Shown: positions 44,536-54,729 of the stretch, piece by piece | Layout of the letters: each line of letters starts with the position of its first letter | Numbering within the stretch: the first letter of the stretch is position 1 | From: an uncultured Verrucomicrobiae bacterium | Lineage (GTDB): Bacteria; Verrucomicrobiota; Verrucomicrobiia; Palsa-1439 | Assembly: GCA_963836315.1 (NCBI GenBank) | Contig: CAWIJG010000002.1 | Coordinates: 1,042,461 to 1,106,460, forward strand | Reading direction: 5' to 3' | Length of the DNA stretch: 64,000 nucleotides | Notes under the pieces: generated by a model | What the model saw: the letters and a program-made list of their open reading frames with translations, nothing else | What the model was told of the DNA's origin: nothing | Databases searched by the model: none | Program-made: the position numbers and the translations under genes

Positions 44536-45135
44536 CTACGCACCTCTCAATGCCAAACGCACGAGTTCTTCGACGCCGGCCTTTGCGCCCAGTTCCCCGA
44601 CGGCGGCGAGAACAGCCTGATGGGCGTCGACTTGCTTGTAGCCAAGCGAAATGAGGGCGAGGACGGCATCGGTGAGTTTCTGTTCCTCGGGGGTGGCCGC
44701 GCGGCCCTTCGTCTGGAAGGCGGCCGCCCCGCCGATCTTGTCTTTCAACTCGACGACAAGTCGTTCCGCGGTCTTTTTGCCGATGCCGCGCAATGTGGAG
44801 AGCGTTTTGGTGTCGCCGCTGGCAATCGCATTGCGTAAGGCGGAAATGGACGTGCTGCTCAGGATGTTGACGGCGAGCTTGGGGCCGATGCCGCTGATGC
44901 TGATGAGCAACAGGAACATCTCGCGTTCTTCCGCCGTCACAAATCCGTAGAGTTGCTGCGCGCCATCCTGGGCGTTGACGTGGTGATGCGTCAGGAGTTT
45001 CACGTCGCTGCCGCGCGCGGGGAGCTTGTCGTAGCTCGACAGCGGAATGAACACGGAGTAGCCGACCCCCTGGCAGTCCACGACAACATGGGTCGGGGTG
45101 GATTCCGCGAGCTTGCCGTGGAGGTGGGTGATCAT
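44536..45135 (-). CDS. ruvA: Holliday junction branch migration protein RuvA
   Basis: GVGY, LYGF, SGIGPKLA, GIGKKTAERL. Confidence 0.96.
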   Translation of the reverse strand: MITHLHGKLAESTPTHVVVDCQGVGYSVFIPLSSYDKLPARGSDVKLLTHHHVNAQDGAQQLYGFVTAEEREMFLLLISISGIGPKLAVNILSSTSISALRNAIASGDTKTLSTLRGIGKKTAERLVVELKDKIGGAAAFQTKGRAATPEEQKLTDAVLALISLGYKQVDAHQAVLAAVGELGAKAGVEELVRLALRGA

Positions 45136-45177
45136 CGCCGGCCAGTGTACCCGCGAACCAACGCGAATCAACGCGAA

Positions 45178-45675
45178 TTAGATTTGTTTCTGGGGCTTTA
45201 CCTGGATGCCGCGGCAGCTGTGGGCGTGGCAGATGGCGATGGCCAGGGCATCGCCCGCGTCCGCCTGCGGCGCTTGCTTCAAGCCGAGCATCATCTTGAC
45301 CATGTTGCCGACCTGTGTTTTGCCGGCGCCACCGAGCCCGGTGACCGCTTGTTTGACTTTTCGCGGCGCGTATTCGTAGATTGACAGGTTGTTTCCTGCC
45401 GCGACGGCGATCACGACGCCGCGCACCTGGCCAAGTGTGAACGCGATGCGGGTGTTCTGAACGTACACCAACCCTTCGATCGCCACCACCCCGGGTTTGT
45501 AATCGTCAATCAGTTTCGTCACCACGTCGCCGATGCGCACGAGACAGCGCGACGGCAAGAGATCCGGCGGGTTATCAATGTGGCCGTGGCAAAGGGCGAT
45601 CATCTGGTTGCCGTTGACTTCGATGACGCCGAAGCCGGCGGAACGCAGGCTGGGGTCGATGCCGAGGATTCTCAT
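45178..45675 (-). CDS. ruvC: Holliday junction resolvase RuvC
   Basis: ILGIDP, AIE, KQAVTG, DAGDALAIAICH. Confidence 0.96.
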   Translation of the reverse strand: MRILGIDPSLRSAGFGVIEVNGNQMIALCHGHIDNPPDLLPSRCLVRIGDVVTKLIDDYKPGVVAIEGLVYVQNTRIAFTLGQVRGVVIAVAAGNNLSIYEYAPRKVKQAVTGLGGAGKTQVGNMVKMMLGLKQAPQADAGDALAIAICHAHSCRGIQVKPQKQI

Positions 45676-45707
45676 GGTACGGTGGCCGTCACAGATCGCC
45701 GTGATCA

Positions 45708-46469
45708 CTACGCGGCGGCGGCCTGAACCTTCTCCATCAGGTCGTCGGGAATATCGTAGTTGGAGTAAACGTTCTGGACGTCGTCGTTGTCTTCGAGCGC
45801 ATCGATAATCGCGAGGACGGCACGTGCCGTCTTTTCGTCCGTGATGGACACGGGCGTGAGCGGCAATTGAACCACTTCAGCCGACTGCGGTTTGATGTTC
45901 TTGGCCTCCAGCGCCTTGTGGACGGCCTCGAACTGATGCGGGTCGGTGAGGATCTCGTAGGTGTCGGGATGCGAGATCATGTCCTCGGCGCCCGCGTCGA
46001 GGGCCAGGCTCATCAGGTCGTCTTCGGGAATCTGTTCTTTCGCGACGAGGATCTGTCCTTTGCGGTGGAAGAGATGTTTCACCGCGCCGGTGCCGGCCAT
46101 GTTGCCGTGGTTCTTGGTAAAGAGGGTGCGAATCTCGGACGCCGTACGGTTTTTGTTGTCGGTAAGCAGATCCACCCATAACGCTACCCCGCCCGGGGCG
46201 TAGCCCTCGTAGGTGATTTCCTCGTAGGAGACGCCGGGGAGTTCGCCGGTGCCCTTTTTGATGGCGCGATCAATGTTGTCGGCAGGCATGTTGACAGCGC
46301 GCGCTTTCATGAGGATGGTGCGCAGCCGCGGGTTGAAACCGGGGTCCCCGCCGCCATGCTTGGCGGCCACGGTCATTTCCTTCCCCAGCTTCGCAAAAAC
46401 CTTCCCGCGCTTGGAGTCAACAACCCCCTTGGTGTGCTTGATCTTCGACCACTTGGAATGGCCTGACAT
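45708..46469 (-). CDS. yebC: YebC/PmpR family protein
   Basis: MSGHSKWSKIKH, YEGY, TDNKNRT, DDVQNVYSN. Confidence 0.95.
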   Translation of the reverse strand: MSGHSKWSKIKHTKGVVDSKRGKVFAKLGKEMTVAAKHGGGDPGFNPRLRTILMKARAVNMPADNIDRAIKKGTGELPGVSYEEITYEGYAPGGVALWVDLLTDNKNRTASEIRTLFTKNHGNMAGTGAVKHLFHRKGQILVAKEQIPEDDLMSLALDAGAEDMISHPDTYEILTDPHQFEAVHKALEAKNIKPQSAEVVQLPLTPVSITDEKTARAVLAIIDALEDNDDVQNVYSNYDIPDDLMEKVQAAAA

Positions 46470-46537
46470 AGGTAAGAAATCTTAGCTTGCTGGCGCTCGT
46501 CTTTCCATATAATTTATCAACGTCTCACGCCGCTTGT

Positions 46538-46622
46538 GCGCGGGTGGTGGAATTGGCAGACACGTACGTTTGAGGGGCGTATGGCGAAAGCCGTGCAGGT
46601 TCAAGTCCTGTCCCGCGCACCA
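46538..46622 (+). tRNA. tRNA-Leu(GAG)
   Basis: Acceptor GCGCGGG/CCCGCGC, anticodon arm TACGT-TTGAGGG-GCGTA, long variable arm, GGTTCAAGTCC, CCA. Confidence 0.95.
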
Positions 46623-46724
46623 ATCTTCAACCCGTCTTCCCTTCCGTGCCTGGCGACATCCAAAAAAATCATTCCCCGGCCCCGACAGTTCGTGCTACGG
46701 TACCGGCCGGAAGGCAGGTGGCTG

Positions 46725-47114
46725 ATGCGAGTCTGGTTTCTCTTGAGTGCGACAATCCTCGCCGCCCTCGCGACGTTCTGCGGTGGCTGTGCTTCGGCAA
46801 CCGCTGACAAGCGGGCCGAGCCTGAACCCGAACCCGCGATGCGCGCGCTGGGGCAGCCTGTGTCAGCTCCCGCTCCCGCTGGCGAAGAAATCAGCACGGA
46901 GAGCATTGGCTCTCAAATCCGCCGTCAACTTAGCGCCGATCCTGGCTCGACGGCAGGCATCATTATCGAAGTTGATGGGGACACCGTTACACTTCGTGGG
47001 ACGGCGCCAAATCTTGCCGCCTCATGGCGCGCGGAAGCCATCGCGCACGCTGCGAAGGGTGTCAAGACGGTGATTAACCAGATCCTCGTACCCCCGCCAG
47101 CCGTGGTGCCATGA
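46725..47114 (+). CDS. BON-domain lipoprotein
   Basis: Signal peptide with GGC lipobox; VTLRG...A..IA....GVKTVINQI. Confidence 0.8.
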   Translation: MRVWFLLSATILAALATFCGGCASATADKRAEPEPEPAMRALGQPVSAPAPAGEEISTESIGSQIRRQLSADPGSTAGIIIEVDGDTVTLRGTAPNLAASWRAEAIAHAAKGVKTVINQILVPPPAVVP

Positions 47115-47199
47115 CACCGCTGGCTGGCTTTTGACCGTCGAGGGTGGCGTGTGGGCATCCCGTCGCTGGGTGCGATGTGCCCTGGCCTTTTGCTTTGCT

Positions 47200-49044
47200 T
47201 TACTCCTTTTTCCCGCGCGCCTGCACGGCGGCGCTTTCCAACTCGGGTCGCTTCGCGAGCAATGCCCGTTTCAGTCCCGCGAGGTCCGTATTGGTCAAGG
47301 CGCCGTTGAGTTCCGCCAACGCCTCTTGATACTTCCCCGCCTTGCCGAGGATGTCGATTCCCGACATGGTCGCCTCCGCCTGATCGCTCTGGTGTGCGAG
47401 CTTGTCCGTGAGCGGTTGCAGGTCGAAAGCCCACGGCTCGCCTGCGGCCCGATCCTGTTTCCGATATTCACGAAAGGACGCCGCCGCCTTCTGGAATTCG
47501 CCCAGATCAAGATGCTTCAAGCCCGCCGTGAACCGCGTCAACCCCGCCGCCCAAGGCGGCATGCGCTGGATAGTGGCCTCCAGGTCGGCCAAGGGGGTCA
47601 CGCCGAGCATCGTTTCGATGAGCACGTTCGCAAAATTGCCCGTGGCGATTACCTCGGGCACTCCTGGTTTTGGGGGAATCTTGCGGGCGCGCGTTAGCAG
47701 GCTGTTGGCTTCCTCGGGGCGGTCCGCCACCAGAAGCGTCATCCCCTCGAAAAACTGGATCCACTGGCTTTGCCAGGGATGGGATGGGCCGGCCAATTGG
47801 AGCGCGCTCTCGAAGCCACGCACCGCTTCAGCGTAACGTCCCTGCGTCAGCTGGAGCATGCCCACATTCCACGACTTCACCCACGGGGCGTCTGGCCTGA
47901 AATCAATAACCTTCGCCGTGGCCAGCATCGCGTCCGTCGGTGGCGAAACCGCGGGCGTTGTCGGCCGCCCGATGACGTGGCTTTTCCATGCGAACCAGAT
48001 GACACCAGCACAGACGATAACCGCCAGTGGCGCGCCGAACAGAAACATTTTCAGGTAGCGTTCTCTGCTCGGGGCGGCGACGGGTTTTGTTATCTCCATC
48101 ACTTGCGCCTCGGTGAGATCCCGAATGATTTCGTCATAGGAGCCATACCGCTCGGCCGGATCCCTGGCCAACATCCGCGCGATGACGCGGACGGTGTACT
48201 CGCTTATTGTCGGCACGGACTCTTTGAGCGTGAGTGCGGGATCGGTCAGGGGCTGCCCGCCTACGTCGTCGCTGGCGGTTGCTGCGTCGAAGGGCGGTCG
48301 GCCTGCCAGCGCGTGGAACAGAGTTGCGCCGAGCGAATAGATATCGCTGCGCACGCCTTCTGGTTTCCCGCGGAGCATTTCCGGCGCAACATAGTAGGGG
48401 GTACCCCAAATCGGTTCGGATGCCCACTCCGGGCCGCCTTCGGCAGCGCTATCACGGGCGCGCGCTAGGCCAAAATCAACGATCTTCGGGACGCCATCCC
48501 CGTTGAAGAGGATGTTGCCGGGCTTTACGTCGCGATGAAGCAGGCCGCGTTGCCAAGCCATGCGCAAAGCCGACGCAATTTGCTGGCCGATGGACAGGAC
48601 TTCGGGCTCAGGGAGTTTGCCCAGCTTCGTAATGCGATCATCGAGGCTGCCACGATCACACAACTCCATGGCCAGATAGTACTGACCATTGTGTTCGCCA
48701 AAGGAATACGCTTGGGCAACGTTGGGATGGTTGATGGACCCGGCCGCCTGCGCCTCGCTGGAGAAACTGGCGACGAACGTGGCGTCGCTGGACAACTTCT
48801 TGTGGAGTATCTTGAGCGCGAGATAACGGTTCAGGGGGAGATCGATGGCTTTGTACACCGCACCCATGCCGCCGATGCCGATTACGTTCAGCAGCAGGAA
48901 ATCACCGAACTGCAGTGGCACAACCGAAAGCGCGCCGCAATGCTTGCATTCAACATGCTTGAAACCGGCTTGGCTGGTCAAATCGAGAATCGCCCCGCAG
49001 GAGTGGCAGTTGATGGAGTCTGGCACTTTGCCTGGTGCATCCAT
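47200..49044 (-). CDS. Hanks-type Ser/Thr kinase with N-terminal Zn ribbon, TM helix and helical C-terminus
   Basis: CHSC..CKHC; GIGGMG, ALK, HRDVKPGN, DFG, GTPYYVAPE. Confidence 0.92.
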   Translation of the reverse strand: MDAPGKVPDSINCHSCGAILDLTSQAGFKHVECKHCGALSVVPLQFGDFLLLNVIGIGGMGAVYKAIDLPLNRYLALKILHKKLSSDATFVASFSSEAQAAGSINHPNVAQAYSFGEHNGQYYLAMELCDRGSLDDRITKLGKLPEPEVLSIGQQIASALRMAWQRGLLHRDVKPGNILFNGDGVPKIVDFGLARARDSAAEGGPEWASEPIWGTPYYVAPEMLRGKPEGVRSDIYSLGATLFHALAGRPPFDAATASDDVGGQPLTDPALTLKESVPTISEYTVRVIARMLARDPAERYGSYDEIIRDLTEAQVMEITKPVAAPSRERYLKMFLFGAPLAVIVCAGVIWFAWKSHVIGRPTTPAVSPPTDAMLATAKVIDFRPDAPWVKSWNVGMLQLTQGRYAEAVRGFESALQLAGPSHPWQSQWIQFFEGMTLLVADRPEEANSLLTRARKIPPKPGVPEVIATGNFANVLIETMLGVTPLADLEATIQRMPPWAAGLTRFTAGLKHLDLGEFQKAAASFREYRKQDRAAGEPWAFDLQPLTDKLAHQSDQAEATMSGIDILGKAGKYQEALAELNGALTNTDLAGLKRALLAKRPELESAAVQARGKKE

Positions 49045-49248
49045 GACCGGGCCACGTTAGCACGCGTTGGAAAGGGTCAGCAACAGCAAACCCAGCGCGT
49101 CCGGTGTCCCGCAGGATTTTGACCAGTGTGGACATTTGCCCGCAGCACTCGCCGCGATTTCATGTGGTCGCCTCCGCCTGTCGACGAGATACAACTGCTT
49201 GCTTCCAAATAAATTACGCGGCGACCTTGCGGTGCCGCCCGCAAGCGG

Positions 49249-49264
49249 TGGCATATTGCGTGCT
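49249..49264 (+). promoter_or_regulatory. sigma54 (-24/-12) promoter for glnB-glnA
   Basis: TGGCATATTGCGTGCT: GG 49250-51, N10, GC 49262-63; fits a nitrogen operon. Confidence 0.6.
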
Positions 49265-49387
49265 AACTCGATCGCGCACGAGCAAGAGACTCCCGGTGCG
49301 GCGAGAGCGAGTGACTGCCGAGGTGCTTTTTCTGTTTACAGGCCCGATGTGGTTCTCTAGTATGCGCACCCGCACTTGGGGAGGTAA

Positions 49388-49729
<342 letters not shown>

Positions 49730-49809
49730 TGCCGCCCAAACAGGATTAACGAGGAATCAAAATTCGGCCCGCGTGGTGATTGGCTCACCGCCCGGCCAGG
49801 AGGATACCG

Positions 49810-51219
49810 ATGACACCCAAAGAAGTTCTGGCGCTGTGCAAAAGCAAGAACGTACAACTTGTAGACGTCAAATTCTGCGATTTCTTGGGCACGTGGCAAC
49901 ACTTCTGCTGCCCGATCTCAGAGCTGGAGGAGGAGGTTTTTGAGGCGGGCCTCGGATTCGACGGTTCCTCAATCCGCGGATGGAAGTCCATCGAGGCTAG
50001 CGACATGCTGCTGATGCTGGACCCGGCCACTGCGATCATCGATCCATTCCCACAGGTCACCACTCTGAGCATCGTGGCTGACGCAGTGGACACAATCACT
50101 CACGAGCCATACAGCCGGGACCCGCGTAACATCGCCCGCAAAGCTGAGGCGTATCTCAAGCAAACGGGCATTGCCGACACGGCCTTCTTTGGCCCGGAGG
50201 CGGAATTCTTCATTTTCGACGATGTCCGTTTCGCCCAGACCTCCAACAGCGCCTATTACTACATTGATTCCAACGAAGGCATCTGGAACAGCGGTCGCGA
50301 AGAGTTCCCCAATCTTGGCAACAAGATTCGCCACAAGGAAGGCTACTTCCCTGTGGCCCCGCAGGACACACAAGGCGATATCCGTAACGAAATGATCCTG
50401 GTCATGAGGGATTGCGGCCTCAAGGTCGAAAGGGAACACCACGAAGTGGCCACGGCGGGCCAGGCTGAAATCGATCTGCGCTTCAACGCCTTGGTTCCCA
50501 TGGCCGACGACATGTTGCTGTACAAGTACATCGTCAAGAACGTGGCCAAGCGGCACAACAAGACAGTCACATTCATGCCCAAACCACTGTTTGGCGATAA
50601 TGGCAGCGGCATGCACACGCACCAGAGCTTGTGGAAGAAGGGCAAACCGCTGTTTGCCGGCAAGGAATACGCCGGCCTGAGCCAGATGGCCTTGCACTAT
50701 ATCGGCGGCATTCTCAAGCACGCGCGCGCCGTCGCGGCAATCACGAACCCGACCGTCAACAGCTACAAGCGCCTCACGCCGGGCTTTGAAGCGCCCGTAA
50801 ACCTCGCGTATTCGAGTCGCAATCGCTCGGCGGCTATCCGCATCCCGACCTATTCACCCAGCCCGAAGGCCAAGCGCATCGAGTATCGCCCGCCCGATCC
50901 GACGGCGAACCCCTACATCGCGTTTTCCGCGTTGTTGATGGCTGGCTTGGACGGGATTGAAAACCGCATCGATCCGGGCGAGCCACTCGACAAGAACATC
51001 TACGAGCTGTCGGCCAGCGAACTCAAGAAGGTGCCGTCAATGCCAGGCAGTCTCACCGAGGCGTGCGATGAGCTGGAGAACGACCACGAGTTCCTGCTCA
51101 AGGGCGACGTGTTCACACAGGATGTAATCGACACCTGGCTCGAGATGAAGCGCAAAGAACAGGACCAAGTCCGCCTGCGGCCACACCCGTGGGAGTTCCA
51201 CATGTATTACGACGCGTAA
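49810..51219 (+). CDS. glnA: glutamine synthetase type I
   Basis: [40 protein letters not shown]. Confidence 0.97.
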   Translation: MTPKEVLALCKSKNVQLVDVKFCDFLGTWQHFCCPISELEEEVFEAGLGFDGSSIRGWKSIEASDMLLMLDPATAIIDPFPQVTTLSIVADAVDTITHEPYSRDPRNIARKAEAYLKQTGIADTAFFGPEAEFFIFDDVRFAQTSNSAYYYIDSNEGIWNSGREEFPNLGNKIRHKEGYFPVAPQDTQGDIRNEMILVMRDCGLKVEREHHEVATAGQAEIDLRFNALVPMADDMLLYKYIVKNVAKRHNKTVTFMPKPLFGDNGSGMHTHQSLWKKGKPLFAGKEYAGLSQMALHYIGGILKHARAVAAITNPTVNSYKRLTPGFEAPVNLAYSSRNRSAAIRIPTYSPSPKAKRIEYRPPDPTANPYIAFSALLMAGLDGIENRIDPGEPLDKNIYELSASELKKVPSMPGSLTEACDELENDHEFLLKGDVFTQDVIDTWLEMKRKEQDQVRLRPHPWEFHMYYDA

Positions 51220-51236
51220 AATTTTGCGTCACGCGC

Positions 51237-51275
51237 AGGGCTCGAAGTTTTCGCGAACTTCGGGCCCTGTTTTTT
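51237..51275 (+). terminator. rho-independent terminator after glnA
   Basis: AGGGCTCGAAGTT/AACTTCGGGCCCT stem followed by T run. Confidence 0.8.
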
Positions 51276-51327
51276 TCTAAGGTCCGCGACTTCCAGAAAA
51301 ATTTTTTGGCGCCACTGCATTTTTTTC

Positions 51328-51715
51328 TTGAAGACCACAAACATGATCGCTATGGTGTCGTCCGCAAAGGCGTAGGCGAGGACGAGGAGAGGGCTGTGAA
51401 TAACCTGTTAGTAGCCTGGATGCTTAGCCATGTAGCTAGTTGGCCGTATGCATCGTCCAGGACATGAGGATTTCTGGTTCGTCTCTCTCCCGAGTCTGAC
51501 ACGAGTGTTGTAACGGGAAAGCGCAACTGCACAGCGGTGTAAGAGCCGTTTTCGAGTTGTAATTTTCGCAGTTGCTGGGGTTTGGATGGCAAGGTAGGAG
51601 GGTTTTTGCGGTTTCTACTTCCTTGGCATTCGTGTGCAGGTCTCCTTCTCCGTCCGCCTCTGGCGCGGTCGGCCCACAGGGCTGATGCGTGGCGGTGTTA
51701 ACACCCTGTGAATAA
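51328..51715 (+). promoter_or_regulatory. dnaA promoter and long leader with two DnaA boxes
   Basis: TTGAAG-N17-TATGGT 51328-51356; TGTGAATAA at 51395-51403 and 51707-51715. Confidence 0.65.
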
Positions 51716-51742
51716 GTCGGGTGTCAGGACTGCGGAGGAAAT

Positions 51743-53092
51743 ATGACGATGGGGCACGATCAGTTGTGGCGAGACGCAAGCAAGATTCTGCAAGGGATGC
51801 TCAATCCCGAATTATTCAACCGTTGGTTCGCGCCCATTAAACCCGTGGAAGTCATTCAAGACGCACTGGTGTTGGGAGTGGCCAATGAGTTCTACCAGAT
51901 CTGGCTCCAAGACAACTTCCTACCCTTGATACGTGAGGCGGTTAATCAGGTTTCCCGCCAACCGCTGCAGGTTCGCTTAACTGTCAGCCAAGGATTGAAA
52001 GCGCCGGCCGAATTGGCGCGACCGGCGGCGGTTATGGCTGAGAAGCGCGAGACAACCAAGACCGACCTCGATGCAAAGCTGAATCCACGCAACACGTTTG
52101 CGGGATTCGTCGTGGGTCCCAACAACAACTTCGCCCACGCGGCCGCGATGGCCGTCGCCCAATCACCCGCGAAGGCCTACAACCCGCTGTTCATCTACGG
52201 CGGGGTGGGTCTCGGCAAGACCCACCTCATGCAGGCCATCGGGCATGCGGCTTCGGCCAACGGCAAGGTCCGCAGGGTTTGCTATATCACCTGCGAGCAG
52301 TTCACCAATGATTTCATTCAAGCGATTCAAAACAGCAGCATGACGAAGTTTCGCAAGAAGTACCGCCAAGCCGACGTGCTCCTCATTGACGACATCCAGT
52401 TCCTGGCGGGCAAGGAGCGGATGCAGGACGAGTTTTTTCACACCTTCAACACACTCTTTGACGCGCATAAGCAGATCGTCCTGTCCAGCGACCGACCGGC
52501 CGCCGAAATTGCCAACCTCGAAGTTCGGCTCGTTTCCCGCTTTGAGTGGGGCTTGGTTACGGAGCTCCAACCACCCGCCCTTGAGACGCGCATCGCCATC
52601 CTCAAGAAGAAGGCAGCTGTGATGGATGTGAAGCTTTCTGATCAAGTGATTGAATTCATTGCCGAGAAGATTCGCACCAATATTCGCCGATTGGAGGGCG
52701 CTCTTGTCCGTGTGGCCTCCTACGCATCTCTCACGGGCAAAGAGGTTAACCGCGACGCTTTGGAGTCACTCCTCCGGGATGCGCTCCACGAAGAAGCCAA
52801 GCGGACGCTCACCATCGAATCCATCCAAAAGAAAGTCGCCGAACACTTCGACATACGCCTCGCTGATATGACCAGTCGCCGCCGTCCCCAAAACGTGGCG
52901 TTCCCGCGGCAAGTGGCGATGTATCTGAGCCGGACGTTGACAAGTCGGTCACTCGCGGACATCGGAGAATCTTTCGGCGGACGCGACCACGGCACGGTTC
53001 TCCACGCGTGTCGGGTCATTGAGAAACGCACGGGAAAGGATCAACGTCTGCGTCAGACGGTGTCGTATCTGGAGCAGTCGCTACAGCGTTAA
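51743..53092 (+). CDS. dnaA: chromosomal replication initiator DnaA
   Basis: YNPLFIYGGVGLGKTHL, LLIDDIQF, SRFEWGL, FGGRDHGTVLHA. Confidence 0.98.
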   Translation: MTMGHDQLWRDASKILQGMLNPELFNRWFAPIKPVEVIQDALVLGVANEFYQIWLQDNFLPLIREAVNQVSRQPLQVRLTVSQGLKAPAELARPAAVMAEKRETTKTDLDAKLNPRNTFAGFVVGPNNNFAHAAAMAVAQSPAKAYNPLFIYGGVGLGKTHLMQAIGHAASANGKVRRVCYITCEQFTNDFIQAIQNSSMTKFRKKYRQADVLLIDDIQFLAGKERMQDEFFHTFNTLFDAHKQIVLSSDRPAAEIANLEVRLVSRFEWGLVTELQPPALETRIAILKKKAAVMDVKLSDQVIEFIAEKIRTNIRRLEGALVRVASYASLTGKEVNRDALESLLRDALHEEAKRTLTIESIQKKVAEHFDIRLADMTSRRRPQNVAFPRQVAMYLSRTLTSRSLADIGESFGGRDHGTVLHACRVIEKRTGKDQRLRQTVSYLEQSLQR

Positions 53093-53323
53093 TAACCTAT
53101 CAACAAGGTGTCAATCGGTTGCCGAAATGTGTTGATGAGTCGAGTTCTTGTTCGTGTTTCAACCATCTTGGTGCAAAACTTCACGATTTTCCCCACGCGA
53201 CAGGCATGCGTAACCGCTTGCTGCACCCTTGACAAGAAAAGTTGTTTGCGATATTCACAGCCCGAACGGTAACGACTATTATTTTCCTATATATTTATAC
53301 ATTGTATTAGTATCCTGACACCA
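53093..53323. other. probable oriC (DnaA-box-like sites, trio-like tract, AT-rich unwinding element)
   Basis: dnaA-dnaN spacer; ATATTCACA 53251-53259 then GCCC, AAC-GGT-AAC-GAC-TAT-TAT and AT-rich 53277-53312; other degenerate boxes CTATCAACA and TGTTGATGA. Confidence 0.7.
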
Positions 53324-54424
53324 ATGCCGATAAAACTCAAAGTCACCAAAGAAGCCATTCTCGATGGTTTGCAGCGCGTTCAGAATGTTGTGAGCACCCG
53401 TACCACGTTGCCGATCTTGTCCAACGTGCTTGTTCAGGCATCTAGCGGTAGTGTTAGTCTCACGACCACGGACTTGGATGTTGGTGTTCGTTGCAAGGTG
53501 GAAGCGGACGTATCAAAAACCGGTTCAACCACGTTGCCCGCGAGAAAGTTGTTTTCCATCTTGAAGGAAGTGCCTGCGGCCGAGATCGAAGTGGAAGTGG
53601 ATGACCGCAACGCGGCCTCGATTCGTTGTGGGTCGTCATTCTATAAAATCATGGGCCTGCCGGAAGAGGAATTTCCACGGTTTCCCGAATCCGGGGCGGG
53701 CAAAGCGCTTAAAATCGAGCAAATCGTGTTGCGCGATATGCTCAAGAAGACTGCTTATGCCGTATCGAATGACGAAACACGCTACGTACTGAATGGCGTT
53801 TTCATGGGATTCAAGGGGGACAAACTCACGGTCGTCGCCACCGATGGGCGGCGCTTGGCTCTCATCGAGCACGACATCGAGGTGCCCAAAGGAGCCGAGA
53901 CCGAGTTGATTCTCCCCAGTAAGGCGGTTGGCGAATTGGAACGCCTGCTGGCCGACAAAGGTGACGTAAAACTCTCCATTGGTGAAAACCAAATCGTTTT
54001 CGATTTGGATGGCACCACTCTGGCCTCCAAACTCATTGAGGGTACCTATCCAAACTTTCGTCAAGTGATCCCTGCTGAGACGAAGGAACGAATCCCCTTG
54101 GAGCGCGAATTACTGTTGGCGGCACTCCATCGCGCCTCGATACTGGCCAGCGAAAAGTCCCAGTCGGTAAAGCTGAGTTTCGGCAAGAACACGCTGACAA
54201 TCACGGCAACCACACCGGAAGTCGGCGAAGCCAAGGAAACCCTCTCCATCAACTACAAAGGCAAGGAGATGGCAATTGCCTTTAACCCGCAATACATGAT
54301 GGACCCATTGCGTAATCTTGATGCCGACGAGGTTTTTCTTGAATTGGCGGACGAACTTAGCCCTGGTGTCATCAAAGTCAACGCGCCCTTCCTCTACGTC
54401 CTGATGCCCATGCGGCTAAGCTAG
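53324..54424 (+). CDS. dnaN: DNA polymerase III beta clamp
   Basis: TLPILSN, TDLD, RYVLNG, VATDGRRL, LIEGTYP, VLMPMR. Confidence 0.98.
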   Translation: MPIKLKVTKEAILDGLQRVQNVVSTRTTLPILSNVLVQASSGSVSLTTTDLDVGVRCKVEADVSKTGSTTLPARKLFSILKEVPAAEIEVEVDDRNAASIRCGSSFYKIMGLPEEEFPRFPESGAGKALKIEQIVLRDMLKKTAYAVSNDETRYVLNGVFMGFKGDKLTVVATDGRRLALIEHDIEVPKGAETELILPSKAVGELERLLADKGDVKLSIGENQIVFDLDGTTLASKLIEGTYPNFRQVIPAETKERIPLERELLLAALHRASILASEKSQSVKLSFGKNTLTITATTPEVGEAKETLSINYKGKEMAIAFNPQYMMDPLRNLDADEVFLELADELSPGVIKVNAPFLYVLMPMRLS

Positions 54425-54516
54425 CTGGCGGCATCGGCGGCCCTCGCATGTTTTCGGGGCTGACAGGCTTGACACCCTTTTCGCATCGTTCTACTCTTTT
54501 CGAGAATCAAGCCGCC

Positions 54517-54590
54517 TGCCTCGTAGTGTAATGGTAGCACAACTGACTCTGGATCAGTTTGTCTAGGTTCGAGTCCTAGCGAGGCAGCCA
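54517..54590 (+). tRNA. tRNA-Gln(CTG), integration target
   Basis: TGCCTCG/CGAGGCA acceptor, ACTGA-CTCTGGA-TCAGT anticodon arm, GGTTCGAGTCC, CCA. Confidence 0.96.
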
Positions 54591-54729
54591 TCTTAGCAAA
54601 AGCCAATGTTTACCGATACAAAGTGAACATTGGCATTTTTGAAAATCCGATTTTATTTGCCCTATTTTGCCTTATGTGCTAGTTTTGCCTGTAGTTTCCA
54701 ACAGTAACCAACGAAGGGAGCAGGCGGCC

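Noticed and set aside
43778-49298. Shared GCAAGAGAC(G/T)CCCGGTG at ~43778 and ~49282 as a common RNA motif (ANTAR-like)
   Set aside because: A 16/17 match is expected by chance in a 64-kb self-comparison, and the twin hexaloop hairpins of ANTAR sites are not evident
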